Of a stretch of DNA of 64,000 nt, positions 18,196 to 32,235 are shown piece after piece. The notes under the pieces are model-generated. The model was not told the DNA's origin, ran no database searches, and worked only from the letters and a program-made list of their open reading frames with translations. The stretch's first letter is position 1; each line of letters starts with the position of its first letter. Both the position numbers and the translations under genes were made by a program. Source of the DNA: an uncultured Thermus sp. (GTDB taxonomy: Bacteria; Deinococcota; Deinococci; Deinococcales; Thermaceae); NCBI GenBank assembly GCA_947085095.1, contig CAMTVD010000009.1, positions 1 through 64,000 of the forward strand, in the 5' to 3' direction.

Positions 18196-19590
18196 ATGCT
18201 GCAAGCCGAGTTATTGGAAGCGGTGCTGAAGCGGGCCCTTTCGGGGGGAGCCGACTTCGCCGAGGTCTATGCCGAGCGCTCCAAAAGAAGGCGCATGACG
18301 GTGCGCTCCGGCAGGCTGGAGGACGCCCTAAGCGGCCTGGACTACGGGGCCGGGATAAGGCTCTTCTTCGGCACCGAGGTGGTCTACGCCTACACCAACG
18401 ACCTCACAAAAGAGGGCCTCCTGGAGGCCCTGGAAACCCTCCTAAAGGCCAAGGGGGCCTTGGGGCGGGTGGACGAGCGGGGCATGGGGGGTCTGGACTT
18501 CCGCAAAAGGGCCCCTAAAGGCCTCCACACCCCTAAGGTGGCCTACGGGGAAAAGGACAAGCGCTACCGCCTGGAAAGGCTGCTGGAGGCGGAAAGCGGG
18601 GCCAGGATCGCCCCGGAGATCCGCCAGGTGGAAACGAGCCTCCTGGAGTGGGAAGAGGAGGTCCTGATCGCCAACACGGAAGGGGTCTTGGCGGAGGAAA
18701 AGCGGGTCAGGACCCGGCTCTTCGTCCTGGCGGTGGCCCAGGAGGGGGCCGAGGTGCAGACGGGCTACGCCGGGCCCGGCAAGAGCGTGGGCCTGGAGCT
18801 CTTTGACCTCTACCCCCCCAAGGCGGTGGGGGAGAAGGCCGCCCGTCAGGCCCTGACCAACCTAAAGGCCAAGCCCGCCCCCGCGGGCACCTTCCCCGTG
18901 GTGGTGGGGCCTGGCTTCGGCGGGGTCCTCTTCCACGAGGCGGTGGGCCACCTCCTGGAAACCACCAGCGTGGCCAAGAAGGCCAGCGTCCTCTCCGACA
19001 AGCTGGGAGAGAGGATCGCCAGCCCCGCCGTCACCTACATAGACGACGGCACCCTCCCCCACGCTTGGGGCTCCACCGAAATGGACGACGAGGGGCGCCC
19101 CACGGAGCGCACGGTCCTCATAGAAGAGGGCGTCCTGAAGGCCTACATGGTGGACCGCCTGGGCCACCTCCAGACCGGCTACCCCATGACGGGCTCGGGC
19201 CGGAGGCAGGACTACACCTTCGCCCCCACCTCCAGGATGCGCAACACCTTCATCGCCCCTGGGGACAAGAAGCCCGAGGAACTCTTTGAGGGAATAGAGT
19301 TCGGCCTCTACGCCAAGGAGATGGGGGGCGGGCAGGTGAAGCCGGGCTCGGGGGAGTACAACTTCGCCGTGCAGGAAGGGTACATCATCCGCAAGGGGCG
19401 GATAGAGGAGGCCGTGCGGGGGGCCATGCTGGTGGGCAAGGGCCCCGAGACCCTCTTGAAGGTGGTGGCCGTGGCCGATGACTGGGAAAACGCCCCGGGC
19501 ATGTGCGGAAGTCTCTCCGGGGCGGTGCCGGTGGAGGTGGGCCAGCCCCACGTGCTGGTCTCGGAGATCGTGGTGGGAGGTCGGGCATGA
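18196..19590 (+). CDS. tldD: TldD-family metalloprotease
   Basis: GADFAEVY, FHEAVGHLLE (HExxxH), DDEG, PTSRMRNT, GMCG. Confidence 0.9.
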   Translation: MLQAELLEAVLKRALSGGADFAEVYAERSKRRRMTVRSGRLEDALSGLDYGAGIRLFFGTEVVYAYTNDLTKEGLLEALETLLKAKGALGRVDERGMGGLDFRKRAPKGLHTPKVAYGEKDKRYRLERLLEAESGARIAPEIRQVETSLLEWEEEVLIANTEGVLAEEKRVRTRLFVLAVAQEGAEVQTGYAGPGKSVGLELFDLYPPKAVGEKAARQALTNLKAKPAPAGTFPVVVGPGFGGVLFHEAVGHLLETTSVAKKASVLSDKLGERIASPAVTYIDDGTLPHAWGSTEMDDEGRPTERTVLIEEGVLKAYMVDRLGHLQTGYPMTGSGRRQDYTFAPTSRMRNTFIAPGDKKPEELFEGIEFGLYAKEMGGGQVKPGSGEYNFAVQEGYIIRKGRIEEAVRGAMLVGKGPETLLKVVAVADDWENAPGMCGSLSGAVPVEVGQPHVLVSEIVVGGRA

Positions 19591-20897
19591 CCCTGGAAGA
19601 GGCCAAGAGCTACGTGTTGCGGAAGGCCAAGGAGCTGGGCCTCGAGGCCGAGCTCCTCTTCGTGGAAAACCGGGAGCTCTCCTTAAGGGCCCAGGGAGGC
19701 AGGCTGGAGGAGCTCAAGGAGGCCCGCCAGGGCGGGGTGGGCCTAAGGGTGGTGGCCGGGGGCCGGGTGGGCTACGCCTACACCGAGGAGCTTTCCCAAG
19801 AGGCCCTGGACTGGGCCTTGGAGGAGGCCCGGGAAAACGCCCTCCTCTCCGCCAAGGAGGGGAGAATCCCCCCGGGGAAGCCCCTGGGGAGCCACGACCT
19901 CCTGGGGGAGGGGCTTTCCGCCCCCCTCGAGGCCAAAAGGCAGGCGGCCCTGAGCCTGGAAAAGGCCCTCCAGGAAGACCCCAGGGTCAGGGCGGTCCTC
20001 ATGGGGGGGTATATGGAGCGGGAGGTGCGCCTTGCCCTGGAGAGCACCCAGGGGGCCCAAGGGGCCTACCGCACCGGCCTCGCCGGGCTCATGGGGAGCT
20101 TCGTCATGGGGGAGGGAGCAAGCCTCAAGCAGGGATGGGACTTCCGCCCCAGCAAGGAGTTCCACGCCCTGGAGCCGGGCCGCACGGCCCTGGAGTTTTT
20201 GGAGAAGACGGCCAGGCTCCTGGGGGCCAGGCCCCTCCGGACGGGGCGCTACCGGGCCTACCTGGAGCCCAAGGCCATGGCGTCCCTCCTCATGGTCTTC
20301 GCCCAGGCCCTCTCCGGCAAGATGGCCATGGAGGGCAAAAGCCGCCTTCTGGGCAGGATTGGGGAGAGAATTGGGAGCGAGCTTGTCACCCTCATAGACG
20401 ACCCCACCCTGGAAAAGGGCCTCCTCTCCCGCCCCTTTGACGCCGAGGGCACCCCGGCCCGGCCCACGGTGGTGGTGGAGAAGGGCATCTTCAAAACCTT
20501 CCTCCACAACTCCGAGACCGCCAGGGCCCTGGGCCAGGAGAACACCGGCCACGCCAGCAGAAGCTATAAGGGCACCCTGGGGGTGGCCCCCAGCAACCTC
20601 TACCTGGCCCCCGTGGGGGGCCTGAAGCTGACGGACGGGGTTGTCGTCACCGAGTTCATGGGGCTCCACGCCGGGGCCAACCCCGTGAGCCTGGACTTCT
20701 CCCTGCAGGCCTTGGGGCTTTGGGTGGAGGAGGGGGAGGTCCGGCACGCGGTGGAGAACTTCGCCGTGGCCGGCAACCTCCTGGAGCTTTTGCAGGCGGT
20801 GGAAGGGGTAGGGGAGGAGCTGGACTGGGTCCTGATGGACGCCGCCTACGGGAGCCCGATGGTGGCGGTGGCCGAGCTTTCCTTCGCGGGGGCATGA
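19587..20897 (+). CDS. pmbA: PmbA/TldE-family protein
   Basis: Paralog lacking HExxxH; SRPFDAEG, TGHASR, ANPVSLDFS; ATGA-coupled to tldD. Confidence 0.87.
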   Translation: MTLEEAKSYVLRKAKELGLEAELLFVENRELSLRAQGGRLEELKEARQGGVGLRVVAGGRVGYAYTEELSQEALDWALEEARENALLSAKEGRIPPGKPLGSHDLLGEGLSAPLEAKRQAALSLEKALQEDPRVRAVLMGGYMEREVRLALESTQGAQGAYRTGLAGLMGSFVMGEGASLKQGWDFRPSKEFHALEPGRTALEFLEKTARLLGARPLRTGRYRAYLEPKAMASLLMVFAQALSGKMAMEGKSRLLGRIGERIGSELVTLIDDPTLEKGLLSRPFDAEGTPARPTVVVEKGIFKTFLHNSETARALGQENTGHASRSYKGTLGVAPSNLYLAPVGGLKLTDGVVVTEFMGLHAGANPVSLDFSLQALGLWVEEGEVRHAVENFAVAGNLLELLQAVEGVGEELDWVLMDAAYGSPMVAVAELSFAGA

Positions 20898-21841
20898 GGG
20901 TCTTCGTCACCCGCACCCTGCCAGGCCCCGCATTGGAGCGGCTTAGGGAGGAGGGCCTCGAGGTGGAGGTCCACCAAGGCCTCCTCCTCCCCCGGGAGGA
21001 GCTCCTAAAAAGGGTGGAGGGGGTGGTGGGCCTCATCCCCACGGTGGAGGACCGGATAGACGAGGAGGTCATGGACCGGGCGGGGCCAGGCCTCAAGGTC
21101 ATCGCCTGCTACAGCGTGGGGGTGGACCATGTGGACCTAAAGGCCGCCCGGGAACGGGGCATCCGGGTCACCCACACCCCCGGGGTCCTCACCGAGGCCA
21201 CCGCCGACCTCACCCTGGCCCTCCTCCTGGCGGTGGCCAGACGGGTGGTGGAGGGGGTGGACCACGTCCGGGAAGGCCTCTGGCGGGCCTGGCACCCGGA
21301 GCTCCTCCTGGGCCTGGACCTTGGGGGCCTCACCCTGGGCCTCGTGGGCATGGGCCGGATCGGCCAGGCGGTGGCCAAACGGGCCGAGGCTTTTGGAATG
21401 CGGGTGGTCTACCATAGCCGCACCGAGAAGCCCCTCCCCTACCCCCACCTCCCCCTAGACGAACTCCTGGCCTCCGCCGACATCCTCTCCCTCCACGCCC
21501 CCCTGACCCCGGAAACCCACCGCCTCCTCAACCGGGAAAGGCTCTTCGCCATGAAGAAGGGGGCCATCCTCATCAACACCGCCCGGGGAGCTCTGGTGGA
21601 CACCGAGGCCCTGGTGGAGGCCCTGGACGGCCACCTCTTCGGGGCCGGGCTGGACGTGACCGACCCTGAGCCCCTGCCCCTGGGCCACCCCCTCTTGGCC
21701 CGCAAAAACGCCCTCATCACCCCCCACATCGGCTCCGCGGGGCGGCGCACCCGGGAGCGGATGGCCGAGATGGCGGTGGAAAACCTCCTGGCGGTCCTGA
21801 AGGGCCAGGAGCCCCCAAACCCGGTAGCATGGGGCCCATGA
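20894..21841 (+). CDS. D-glycerate dehydrogenase/glyoxylate reductase
   Basis: SVGVDHVD, TPGVLTEATAD, GMGRIG, INTARG, LDVTDPEP, PHIGSA. Confidence 0.9.
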   Translation: MRVFVTRTLPGPALERLREEGLEVEVHQGLLLPREELLKRVEGVVGLIPTVEDRIDEEVMDRAGPGLKVIACYSVGVDHVDLKAARERGIRVTHTPGVLTEATADLTLALLLAVARRVVEGVDHVREGLWRAWHPELLLGLDLGGLTLGLVGMGRIGQAVAKRAEAFGMRVVYHSRTEKPLPYPHLPLDELLASADILSLHAPLTPETHRLLNRERLFAMKKGAILINTARGALVDTEALVEALDGHLFGAGLDVTDPEPLPLGHPLLARKNALITPHIGSAGRRTRERMAEMAVENLLAVLKGQEPPNPVAWGP

Positions 21842-22584
21842 GCCTCCTGGTGGGCTTCCTGGGCGGGATTTTCGGCGGGCTGGTGGGCCTGGGCGGGGGA
21901 ACGGTGATGATCCCCCTCATGGTGGGACTCCTCAAGCTTTCCCAGCACCAGGCCCACGGCACCAGCCTGGTGGCCGTCTTCTTCACCGGCCTCATGGGGG
22001 CCCTCACCTACGGCCTCCAGGGCTCCTTAGACCTAAAAGCGGCCTTTCTCCTGGCCCTCACCGCCATCCTCACCGCCCGCTACGGGGCCAAGTACGCTCA
22101 CAGCCTTCCCGAAGCCAGGCTCAAGCGGGCCTTTGGCTGGTTTCTCTTCTTCGTTTCCTTTCTCCTTCTCTTGAAGCCTTATCTGGCCCCGCTGGGCCTG
22201 GTGCCGGGGGAGGTGGCCCAGGACCTCACCCTCCTCCTGGCGGGGGCCTTCACCGGCTTCCTCTCGGGGATGATGGGGGTGGGGGGCGGGACCATCATGG
22301 TCCCCGCCATGGTCCTCCTCCTGGGTATGGCCCAGCACACCGCCCAGGGGACGAGCCTTCTCGCCATGGTGCCTGCCAGCCTGGTGGGGGCCTACACCCA
22401 CTTCCACCTGGGGAACGTGGCGAAGGCCCTGGTGCCTGGCCTGGTGCCTGGAGTTCTTCTGGGCACCTTCCTAGGCGGGGAGCTGGCCCACCTCCTGCCC
22501 GAGGGAGGCCTGAGGGGGGTCTTTGCCGCCGTCCTTCTCTGGACCGCCTGGCGGTACCTCCGTCCCTCGGGTGGGAAAAAGTAA
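21838..22584 (+). CDS. TauE/SafE-family membrane exporter
   Basis: Duplicated GLGGG/GVGGG motifs and QH.A.GTSL repeats. Confidence 0.88.
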   Translation: MSLLVGFLGGIFGGLVGLGGGTVMIPLMVGLLKLSQHQAHGTSLVAVFFTGLMGALTYGLQGSLDLKAAFLLALTAILTARYGAKYAHSLPEARLKRAFGWFLFFVSFLLLLKPYLAPLGLVPGEVAQDLTLLLAGAFTGFLSGMMGVGGGTIMVPAMVLLLGMAQHTAQGTSLLAMVPASLVGAYTHFHLGNVAKALVPGLVPGVLLGTFLGGELAHLLPEGGLRGVFAAVLLWTAWRYLRPSGGKK

Positions 22585-22647
22585 CCTAATGCACTGTTCG
22601 GCGAACTCAAGGAGGTTTATCTTCCTATTGGAAGGAGGTGAGGGTTT

Positions 22648-22977
22648 ATGCGGCGTTGGCAGGACTGGGCTAACCTTGTCCTGGGTGTTTGGCTCGTCCT
22701 CTCCCCCTGGCTCTTGGGCTTTAGCGGTACCCCCGCGGCCATGTGGAACGCGGTCATCATCGGGGTAGTGGTGGGGCTGATGGCCCTGTTGCACCTCCGG
22801 GGTGGCCCCTTGTGGGAGGAGTGGGTCAACGTGGTCCTGGGCGTTTGGCTTATCCTCTCCCCCTGGATTCTGGGGTTTAGCGGGATGACGGGCGCCATGT
22901 GGAATGCGGTGATCGTGGGGCTCCTGGTGGGGGTTTTGGCCCTCAGCGTCACCCGGGAAAAACCTAAGGCCGCCTAA
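22648..22977 (+). CDS. SPW-repeat membrane protein
   Basis: Two 52-aa repeats W.N.VLGVWL.LSPW.LGFSG...AMWNAVI.G; strong RBS AAGGAGGTG. Confidence 0.88.
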   Translation: MRRWQDWANLVLGVWLVLSPWLLGFSGTPAAMWNAVIIGVVVGLMALLHLRGGPLWEEWVNVVLGVWLILSPWILGFSGMTGAMWNAVIVGLLVGVLALSVTREKPKAA

Positions 22978-22988
22978 GCCTGGCCCGC

Positions 22989-23027
22989 CCCTACCCCTGC
23001 CCAGGCCTTGGGCGGGGGTAGGTTCTT
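22989..23027 (+). terminator. Hairpin after the SPW gene
   Basis: CCTACCCCTGCCCA...TGGGCGGGGGTAGG followed by TTCTT. Confidence 0.6.
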
Positions 23028-23101
23028 GCATCCGGGAAACCAAGGGTGTAAGGTGGACCTGGCCTTTAAACCGGTCCCGCGAGGCCGGAAAGGGGGAAGA
23101 G

Positions 23102-24619
<1,518 letters not shown>

Positions 24620-24623
<4 letters not shown>

Positions 24624-25897
24624 TCCTGATCAAAAACGTGAAACTGGTGGACGCCCGGGGGGAGCAAGGCCCTCTGGACGTCCTTATCGGCGAGGGGCGG
24701 ATCCTCTCCCTGGAAGGGGGGGAGGCCTCCTGGGTCATGGACGGCACCGGGAAGCTCCTGGCCCCAGGCTTCCTGGACCTCCACGCCCACCTGCGGGAGC
24801 CCGGCGAGGAGGTGAAGGAGGACCTGGCCTCGGGGCTTCTTGCGGCGGCGCGGGGGGGGTACACGGACCTGGTCTCCATGCCCAACACCAAGCCCCCCGT
24901 GGACACCAAGGAGGCGGTCTTGGCCCTCAAGGAGAAGGCCAAGCTTCTGGGCCTGGCCCGGCTCCACCCCGGGGCCGCCCTCACCCAGGGGCAAGAAGGG
25001 CGGCACCTCACGGAGGCTGGCCTCCTCAAGGAGGCGGGAGCGGCCCTCCTCACCGACGACGGCCGCACCAACGAGGACGCAGGGGTGCTGGCGGCGGGGC
25101 TCCTGCAGGCCGCCCCCCTGGGCCTCCCCGTAGCCGTCCACGCCGAGGACGCCTCCCTTAGGCGGAGCGGGGTGATGAACGACGGGCCCCTCGCCGACCT
25201 CCTGGGCCTGCCCGGCAATCCCCCCGAGGCCGAGGCCGCCCGCATCGCCCGGGACCTCGAGGTCCTCCGCTACGCCTTAAGGCGCTCAAAGGCCAGGCCC
25301 CACCTCCACATCCAGCACCTCTCCACCAAGCGGGGGGTGGAGCTCGTGCGCGAGGCCAAGGGGGCGGGCCTCCCCGTGACCGCGGAGGCCACCCCCCACC
25401 ACCTCACCCTCACGGAGGAAGGCCTAAAGGCCTTTGACCCCCTCTTCAAGGTGGCCCCACCCCTCCGCACAAAGGAGGACCAGGAGGCCCTCCTGGAAGC
25501 GCTTTTGGATGGAACCGTGGACGCCATCGCCACCGACCACGCCCCCCACACCCAGGCGGAGAAGGAGATGGACCTGAGGCGGGCCCCCTTCGGCATTCCC
25601 AGCCTGGAGGTGGCCTTCCCCCTCCTCTACACCGAGCTTCACCTGAAGCGGGGCTTCCCTCTCCCCCGCCTCATCGCCCTCTTCACCGACGGTCCCCGGC
25701 GCATCCTGGGCCATGAGCCCCTCCACCTGGAGGAGGGGGCCGAGGCCAGCCTGGTCCTCCTGGACCCCAAGGAGGCCCCGGTGGACCCTAAGCGCTTCGC
25801 CTCCAAGGCCCGCTACTCCCCCTGGGCGGGATGGGTCCTGGGGGGATGGCCGGTCCTCACCCTGGTGGAGGGGCGGGTGGTCCACCGGGTAGAATGA
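24620..25897 (+). CDS. pyrC: Dihydroorotase
   Basis: [25 protein letters not shown]. Confidence 0.95.
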
Positions 25898-25901
25898 GGG
25901 C

Positions 25902-26378
25902 GTGCTCAAGAAGCTCCTGGAAGCGGACGAGGTGGGCCTAAGGCTAGAGTGGGTGGGCGGGCTTCCCCTCTGGGAGGTCCACCCCACCTACCGCCACCAG
26001 AGGGCCGTGGACCGCATCCGAAGTAGCATCCGCCCCAAGGAGGGCGAGGCCTGCGGGTGCGTGCACGTGGCTGACGTCTACATACGCTTTCCCGACGGCT
26101 CCTACAAGCGCCCGGACATCGCCATCTTCTGCCGGGAGCCCGAGGAGCTGGACGAGGCCATCAGCCAGATCCCCGAGGCGGTGGTGGAGGTGGTGAGCCG
26201 AGGCTACGAGGCCAAGGACCTGGAGATCGGGCCCCGCTTCTACCTCTCCCAGGGGGTGAAGGACGTGGTGGTCTTTGACCCTTACACCCTCCTGGTCCTC
26301 CACCTGCGCCGGGACGGGGCCCATAGGCACATCTCCCCGGTGGAGCTGGAGCTTTCCAGCTGCACGCTCACCGTCTGA
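25902..26378 (+). CDS. Uma2-family (PD-(D/E)xK) putative endonuclease
   Basis: KRPDIAI, PEAVVEVVS, YLSQGV..VVVFDP. Confidence 0.85.
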   Translation: MLKKLLEADEVGLRLEWVGGLPLWEVHPTYRHQRAVDRIRSSIRPKEGEACGCVHVADVYIRFPDGSYKRPDIAIFCREPEELDEAISQIPEAVVEVVSRGYEAKDLEIGPRFYLSQGVKDVVVFDPYTLLVLHLRRDGAHRHISPVELELSSCTLTV

Positions 26379-27405
26379 GGTCTTGGAGGGCGCGCACCCC
26401 TTCCGCCTCCATGAGGCGAAGGAGCCCTTTGAGAAGCTTCCGGGGAAAGAGGGGCCCTCCGTAGACGAAGCCCGTGTAGACCTGGACCAGGCTAGCCCCT
26501 GCCTTGAGCCTTTCCCAGAGGTCCTCAGGGGTTTCTATCCCGCCCACGCTCACCAGAAAAAGCCCCTCCGCCCCCCCCGCCAGGTGCTTCAGGACCTCGA
26601 GGGCCCTCCCCTTCAAAGGCCTCCCCGAAAGCCCCCCCGCCTCCCCCGCCAGGGGGCTTTTCAGGCCCTCCCGGCCTAGAGTGGTGTTCACCGCCACCAG
26701 GCCCTGGAGCCCGTGCTTCTTGGCCAGGGAAAGGACCTCGTCCAGGGCCTCAGGGGAAAGGTCCGGGGCCAGCTTCAGCAGGAGGGGCTTAGGGGTAGCC
26801 GGGCGGAGGCGGGCGAGGAGCTCGTCCAGGAAGGGGCCTTCCTGTAGGGCGCGAAGCCCGGGAGTGTTGGGGGAACTCACGTTCAGGACGAAGTAGTCCC
26901 CGTAAGGCTCCAGGAGCTTCAGGGCCTGGAGGTAGTCCTCAGCCGCCCTTTCCAGGGGGGTGTCCCGGTTCTTCCCCAGGTTTACCCCCACGGGGAGGGG
27001 AAGCCCCCGGGCGCGAAAGGCCCCAAGCCGCTTCGCCGCCTCTTCCGCCCCCTGGTTGTTGAAGCCCATGCGGTTGATGAGGGCCCGGTCCTCCAGAAGG
27101 CGGAAGAGCCTGGGCCTGGGGTTTCCCTCCTGGGGCCTGGGGGTCAGGGTCCCCACCTCGGCATAGCCAAAGCCCAGGGCCCACCAGGCGGGAAGGGCCC
27201 TGGCGTCCTTGTCCATCCCCGCCGCCAGGCCCAGGGGGTTGGGGAAGGTGAGGCCCATGGCCTCCACCCTTAGCCTCGGGTCCTCCACCCTTAGGAGGCG
27301 GGCCGGGACCTCTAAAAGGGGCCCGCACCCGGACCAGAAGGCGAGAGCCTTCAGGGTGAGCTCGTGGGCCTTTTCCGGTTCCAGGAGAAAGAGGAGGCGG
27401 TGCAT
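26368..27405 (-). CDS. pyrD: Quinone-dependent dihydroorotate dehydrogenase
   Basis: NPLGLAAGMDK, NRMGFNN, NVSSPNTPGLR, GGLSG; ATG 27414 is an alternative start. Confidence 0.95.
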   Translation of the reverse strand: MHRLLFLLEPEKAHELTLKALAFWSGCGPLLEVPARLLRVEDPRLRVEAMGLTFPNPLGLAAGMDKDARALPAWWALGFGYAEVGTLTPRPQEGNPRPRLFRLLEDRALINRMGFNNQGAEEAAKRLGAFRARGLPLPVGVNLGKNRDTPLERAAEDYLQALKLLEPYGDYFVLNVSSPNTPGLRALQEGPFLDELLARLRPATPKPLLLKLAPDLSPEALDEVLSLAKKHGLQGLVAVNTTLGREGLKSPLAGEAGGLSGRPLKGRALEVLKHLAGGAEGLFLVSVGGIETPEDLWERLKAGASLVQVYTGFVYGGPLFPRKLLKGLLRLMEAEGVRALQDLRR

Positions 27406-27428
27406 CCTCCCCATGGTAAACTCTTCCC

Positions 27429-27974
27429 ATGCGCCGGAGCGCCTTTCTCCTCGGCCTTCTTCTGACCCTCACCGCCTGCTCGGTGACCGTTACTGTGGAC
27501 TTGCCTAACCAGACCCTGGACCTACCAGGGATAACCGACACCGGCGGCCAAATCGCCTACCCCAAGGACGGCCTCAGCTTTAGCCCTCCGCCCGTGGACG
27601 TGGTCCGGGGCCTGCGGGTGGAGGGGGTCCTCGAGGCCTCCACGCCCTTGAACGTCACCCTGGAGTTCTACGCCCGGACCAAAGACCCCAGCCAGGACCC
27701 CACCTGCACGTCTCCCACCTTCCCCTTCGCGCCCCAGGGCATAGGCGTGGAGCCCGTAATGTACCTTTGCCCCGTGGGCCCTGACGATCAAAAGGTGGGC
27801 GAGGCCAGCTTCCGGAACAGCCAGCAAGCCTCCTTCACGCTCCAGGGAACCAAGCTGGCCGAGGGTATCCAGAAGGGTAAGCTCTGGCTGGGCATCAAGG
27901 CCAGCGGCCTGCCTTCCACACCCCTCACCCTCACCTTCCGCAACATGAAGGCCTACGTGACCGTGGGCCTCTAG
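27429..27974 (+). CDS. Hypothetical lipoprotein
   Basis: Lipobox LTAC; contains FAPQGIGVEP between two Cys. Confidence 0.78.
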   Translation: MRRSAFLLGLLLTLTACSVTVTVDLPNQTLDLPGITDTGGQIAYPKDGLSFSPPPVDVVRGLRVEGVLEASTPLNVTLEFYARTKDPSQDPTCTSPTFPFAPQGIGVEPVMYLCPVGPDDQKVGEASFRNSQQASFTLQGTKLAEGIQKGKLWLGIKASGLPSTPLTLTFRNMKAYVTVGL

Positions 27975-28030
27975 CGCCTTTGTGCCCCCGGGTCCCTTTG
28001 CCCTGAGCCCATCCCGTATCATGGGGATAG

Positions 28031-30411
<2,381 letters not shown>

Positions 30412-30415
<4 letters not shown>

Positions 30416-30972
30416 GGGAGCTCCTCCTTGCGGTTGGCGTTGAGGAAAACCCTTTCCCCAAACCGGGCCGAAACCTCGGCGAAGGGCAGGTGGGTGGCCC
30501 CCAGGACCTCCGCCACCCGCCTTAGGAGAAAGTCCCCCTCCCGGATCTGCTTCTCCACCTGGGGTAGGCAGTCCTTGTGGTACATGGCGGCCAGGGGTTC
30601 CGGGTGGCCTTCCTGGGAGTGGGCCACCACCACCGGATGGGGGGAGGAAAGGGCCTTCTCGTGGAGGAAGTCCCAGTAGGCCCGGGTGAGGAAGGGTAGG
30701 TCCGTGGCCGCCACCGCCACCCAGGGGAAGCGGGCGTGGGAGAGGGCGGCGTGGAGGCCAGAGAGGCTGTCCGCCCCCGGCAGGAGGTCCGGGTAGACGG
30801 GGACGCCAAAGCCCTCGTAGGGGCGGTTCGCCACGATGAAGCGCTCCCCGGCTCCGGAGAGGCTTTCCAGCACCCAAAGGAGAAGGGGCTTTCCCCGGTA
30901 GAGGAAGAGGGCCTTGTCCTCCCCAAACCGCCTCGAGGCCCCCCCGGCCAAAACGGCGCCCGAGTAGCCCAT
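30412..30972 (-). CDS. mobA: Molybdenum cofactor guanylyltransferase
   Basis: LAGGASRRFGEDKA, ATDLPF, EPLAA.Y, FLNAN. Confidence 0.9.
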
Positions 30973-30976
30973 GCCC

Positions 30977-31849
30977 CTAGCCTAAGGCCTGGACCAGCCT
31001 CCTGGCCCAGAGGGGGGCCAGGAGGAAGCCCGTGGAGCCGAAGCCGGTGAGGGCGTACCCCCCGGGGAGGGGGCTTAGGGGGGTGGGCCTGCGGAAGCGC
31101 ACCCCCCGCCAGATGCCGGCCACCTTGGGCCTTCGCCCCAGAAGGGCCTCCGCCCCCTTCAGGAGCCACTCCACCTCTCCCTCCTCCGGATGGGGTTCCC
31201 CGTAGCCGGGGAGGTCCAGGTAGCTTCCCCCGAGGGCCATCCCCGCCAGGAAGACCCGGTAGCTCAGGGCCTCCTCCCGGTACTCAAAAAGGAGGAGCTC
31301 CAGCCCCGCCACGAAGCGCCCCTCCAGGCCGAACACCCCCGCCCCCTTGGCCCCCCCGGCGTAGAGAACCACCTCCGGCCGTAGCCTCCTCCCCCCTTCC
31401 AGGACCACCTCCCCCGGCGCATAGGCCACCACCCTGGCCCTGATCCCGCCCAGCTCAGCCCAAACCCTTTCCAGGAAGGCCCTGGGCTCCAACCAGAAGG
31501 CCTCAGGGAGGTAAAGCCCCTCCCTCCGCCAGGCGTAGTGGAGGCCGCTCCCCTTAAGCCGCCTCTCCCAGGCCTCCCGTTCCCCCTCGGGCACGGGGCG
31601 GAGAAGGCCCAAGTGGAGGGGAACGTAGCGGCCATAGAGCTCTCGGGCGGCCTCCAGGGCCTCCCCCCCTTCGGGCACCAGGACCCCACGCTTCCCCCGC
31701 ACCGGGTTCACCAGGGCCACGGGGACCCGGCTCGCCTCCCCCACCCCCTCCGCCACCCAGAGGAAGGCAAACCCCGCCTCCTTCAGGGCCAGGGCCAGGG
31801 CCGCCCCCGCCACCCCGGCCCCCACCAGGAGGATGGGCTTCGCTTCCAT
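30977..31849 (-). CDS. FAD-dependent oxidoreductase (DAO/MnmC-like)
   Basis: VGAGVAG dinucleotide motif, GFGSTGFLLAP. Confidence 0.75.
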   Translation of the reverse strand: MEAKPILLVGAGVAGAALALALKEAGFAFLWVAEGVGEASRVPVALVNPVRGKRGVLVPEGGEALEAARELYGRYVPLHLGLLRPVPEGEREAWERRLKGSGLHYAWRREGLYLPEAFWLEPRAFLERVWAELGGIRARVVAYAPGEVVLEGGRRLRPEVVLYAGGAKGAGVFGLEGRFVAGLELLLFEYREEALSYRVFLAGMALGGSYLDLPGYGEPHPEEGEVEWLLKGAEALLGRRPKVAGIWRGVRFRRPTPLSPLPGGYALTGFGSTGFLLAPLWARRLVQALG

Positions 31850-31893
31850 GTTTCGGCCACCCCACGGGAGGGACACGCCTCTTCTGGGGCGCT

Positions 31894-32226
31894 TTAGAAG
31901 CGGTACCCCTCCCCCTCCCTCCGGCAAAGCCCCCGGGCCGCCAGGGCCTCCAGAAGCCCCTTGGCCTCCTCCTCGGGCAGGAAGGGGGCAAGGTGGGCAG
32001 GAAGCAGATACCCCCCCCGCCGCCAGGCCTCCCGCATGGCCAGCCGCTCCAGGGCGGCTCTGGAGGGCCCCCCGGAGAGCACCCGCCCCTGCCAGGAGGC
32101 CACGCCCAGGTAGAGGAGGCTCGAGGCCAAAAGGGCCAGGATGCCCCCCAGCCCTGTGAAGCGGAAGGCGGCGAAGAGGAGCAGGAAGAGGGCCAAAGCG
32201 GCGGCGAGGGGAAGTAGGGGCCGCAT
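31894..32226 (-). CDS. Hypothetical membrane protein
   Basis: Two TM helices plus a short soluble C-terminal domain; RBS AGGAG. Confidence 0.65.
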   Translation of the reverse strand: MRPLLPLAAALALFLLLFAAFRFTGLGGILALLASSLLYLGVASWQGRVLSGGPSRAALERLAMREAWRRGGYLLPAHLAPFLPEEEAKGLLEALAARGLCRREGEGYRF

Positions 32227-32235
32227 CCTCTCCTC

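Noticed and set aside
25902..26378. Uma2 gene as a defence system
   Set aside because: Solitary, with no methylase or other defence genes nearby; this family is commonly dispersed in Thermus
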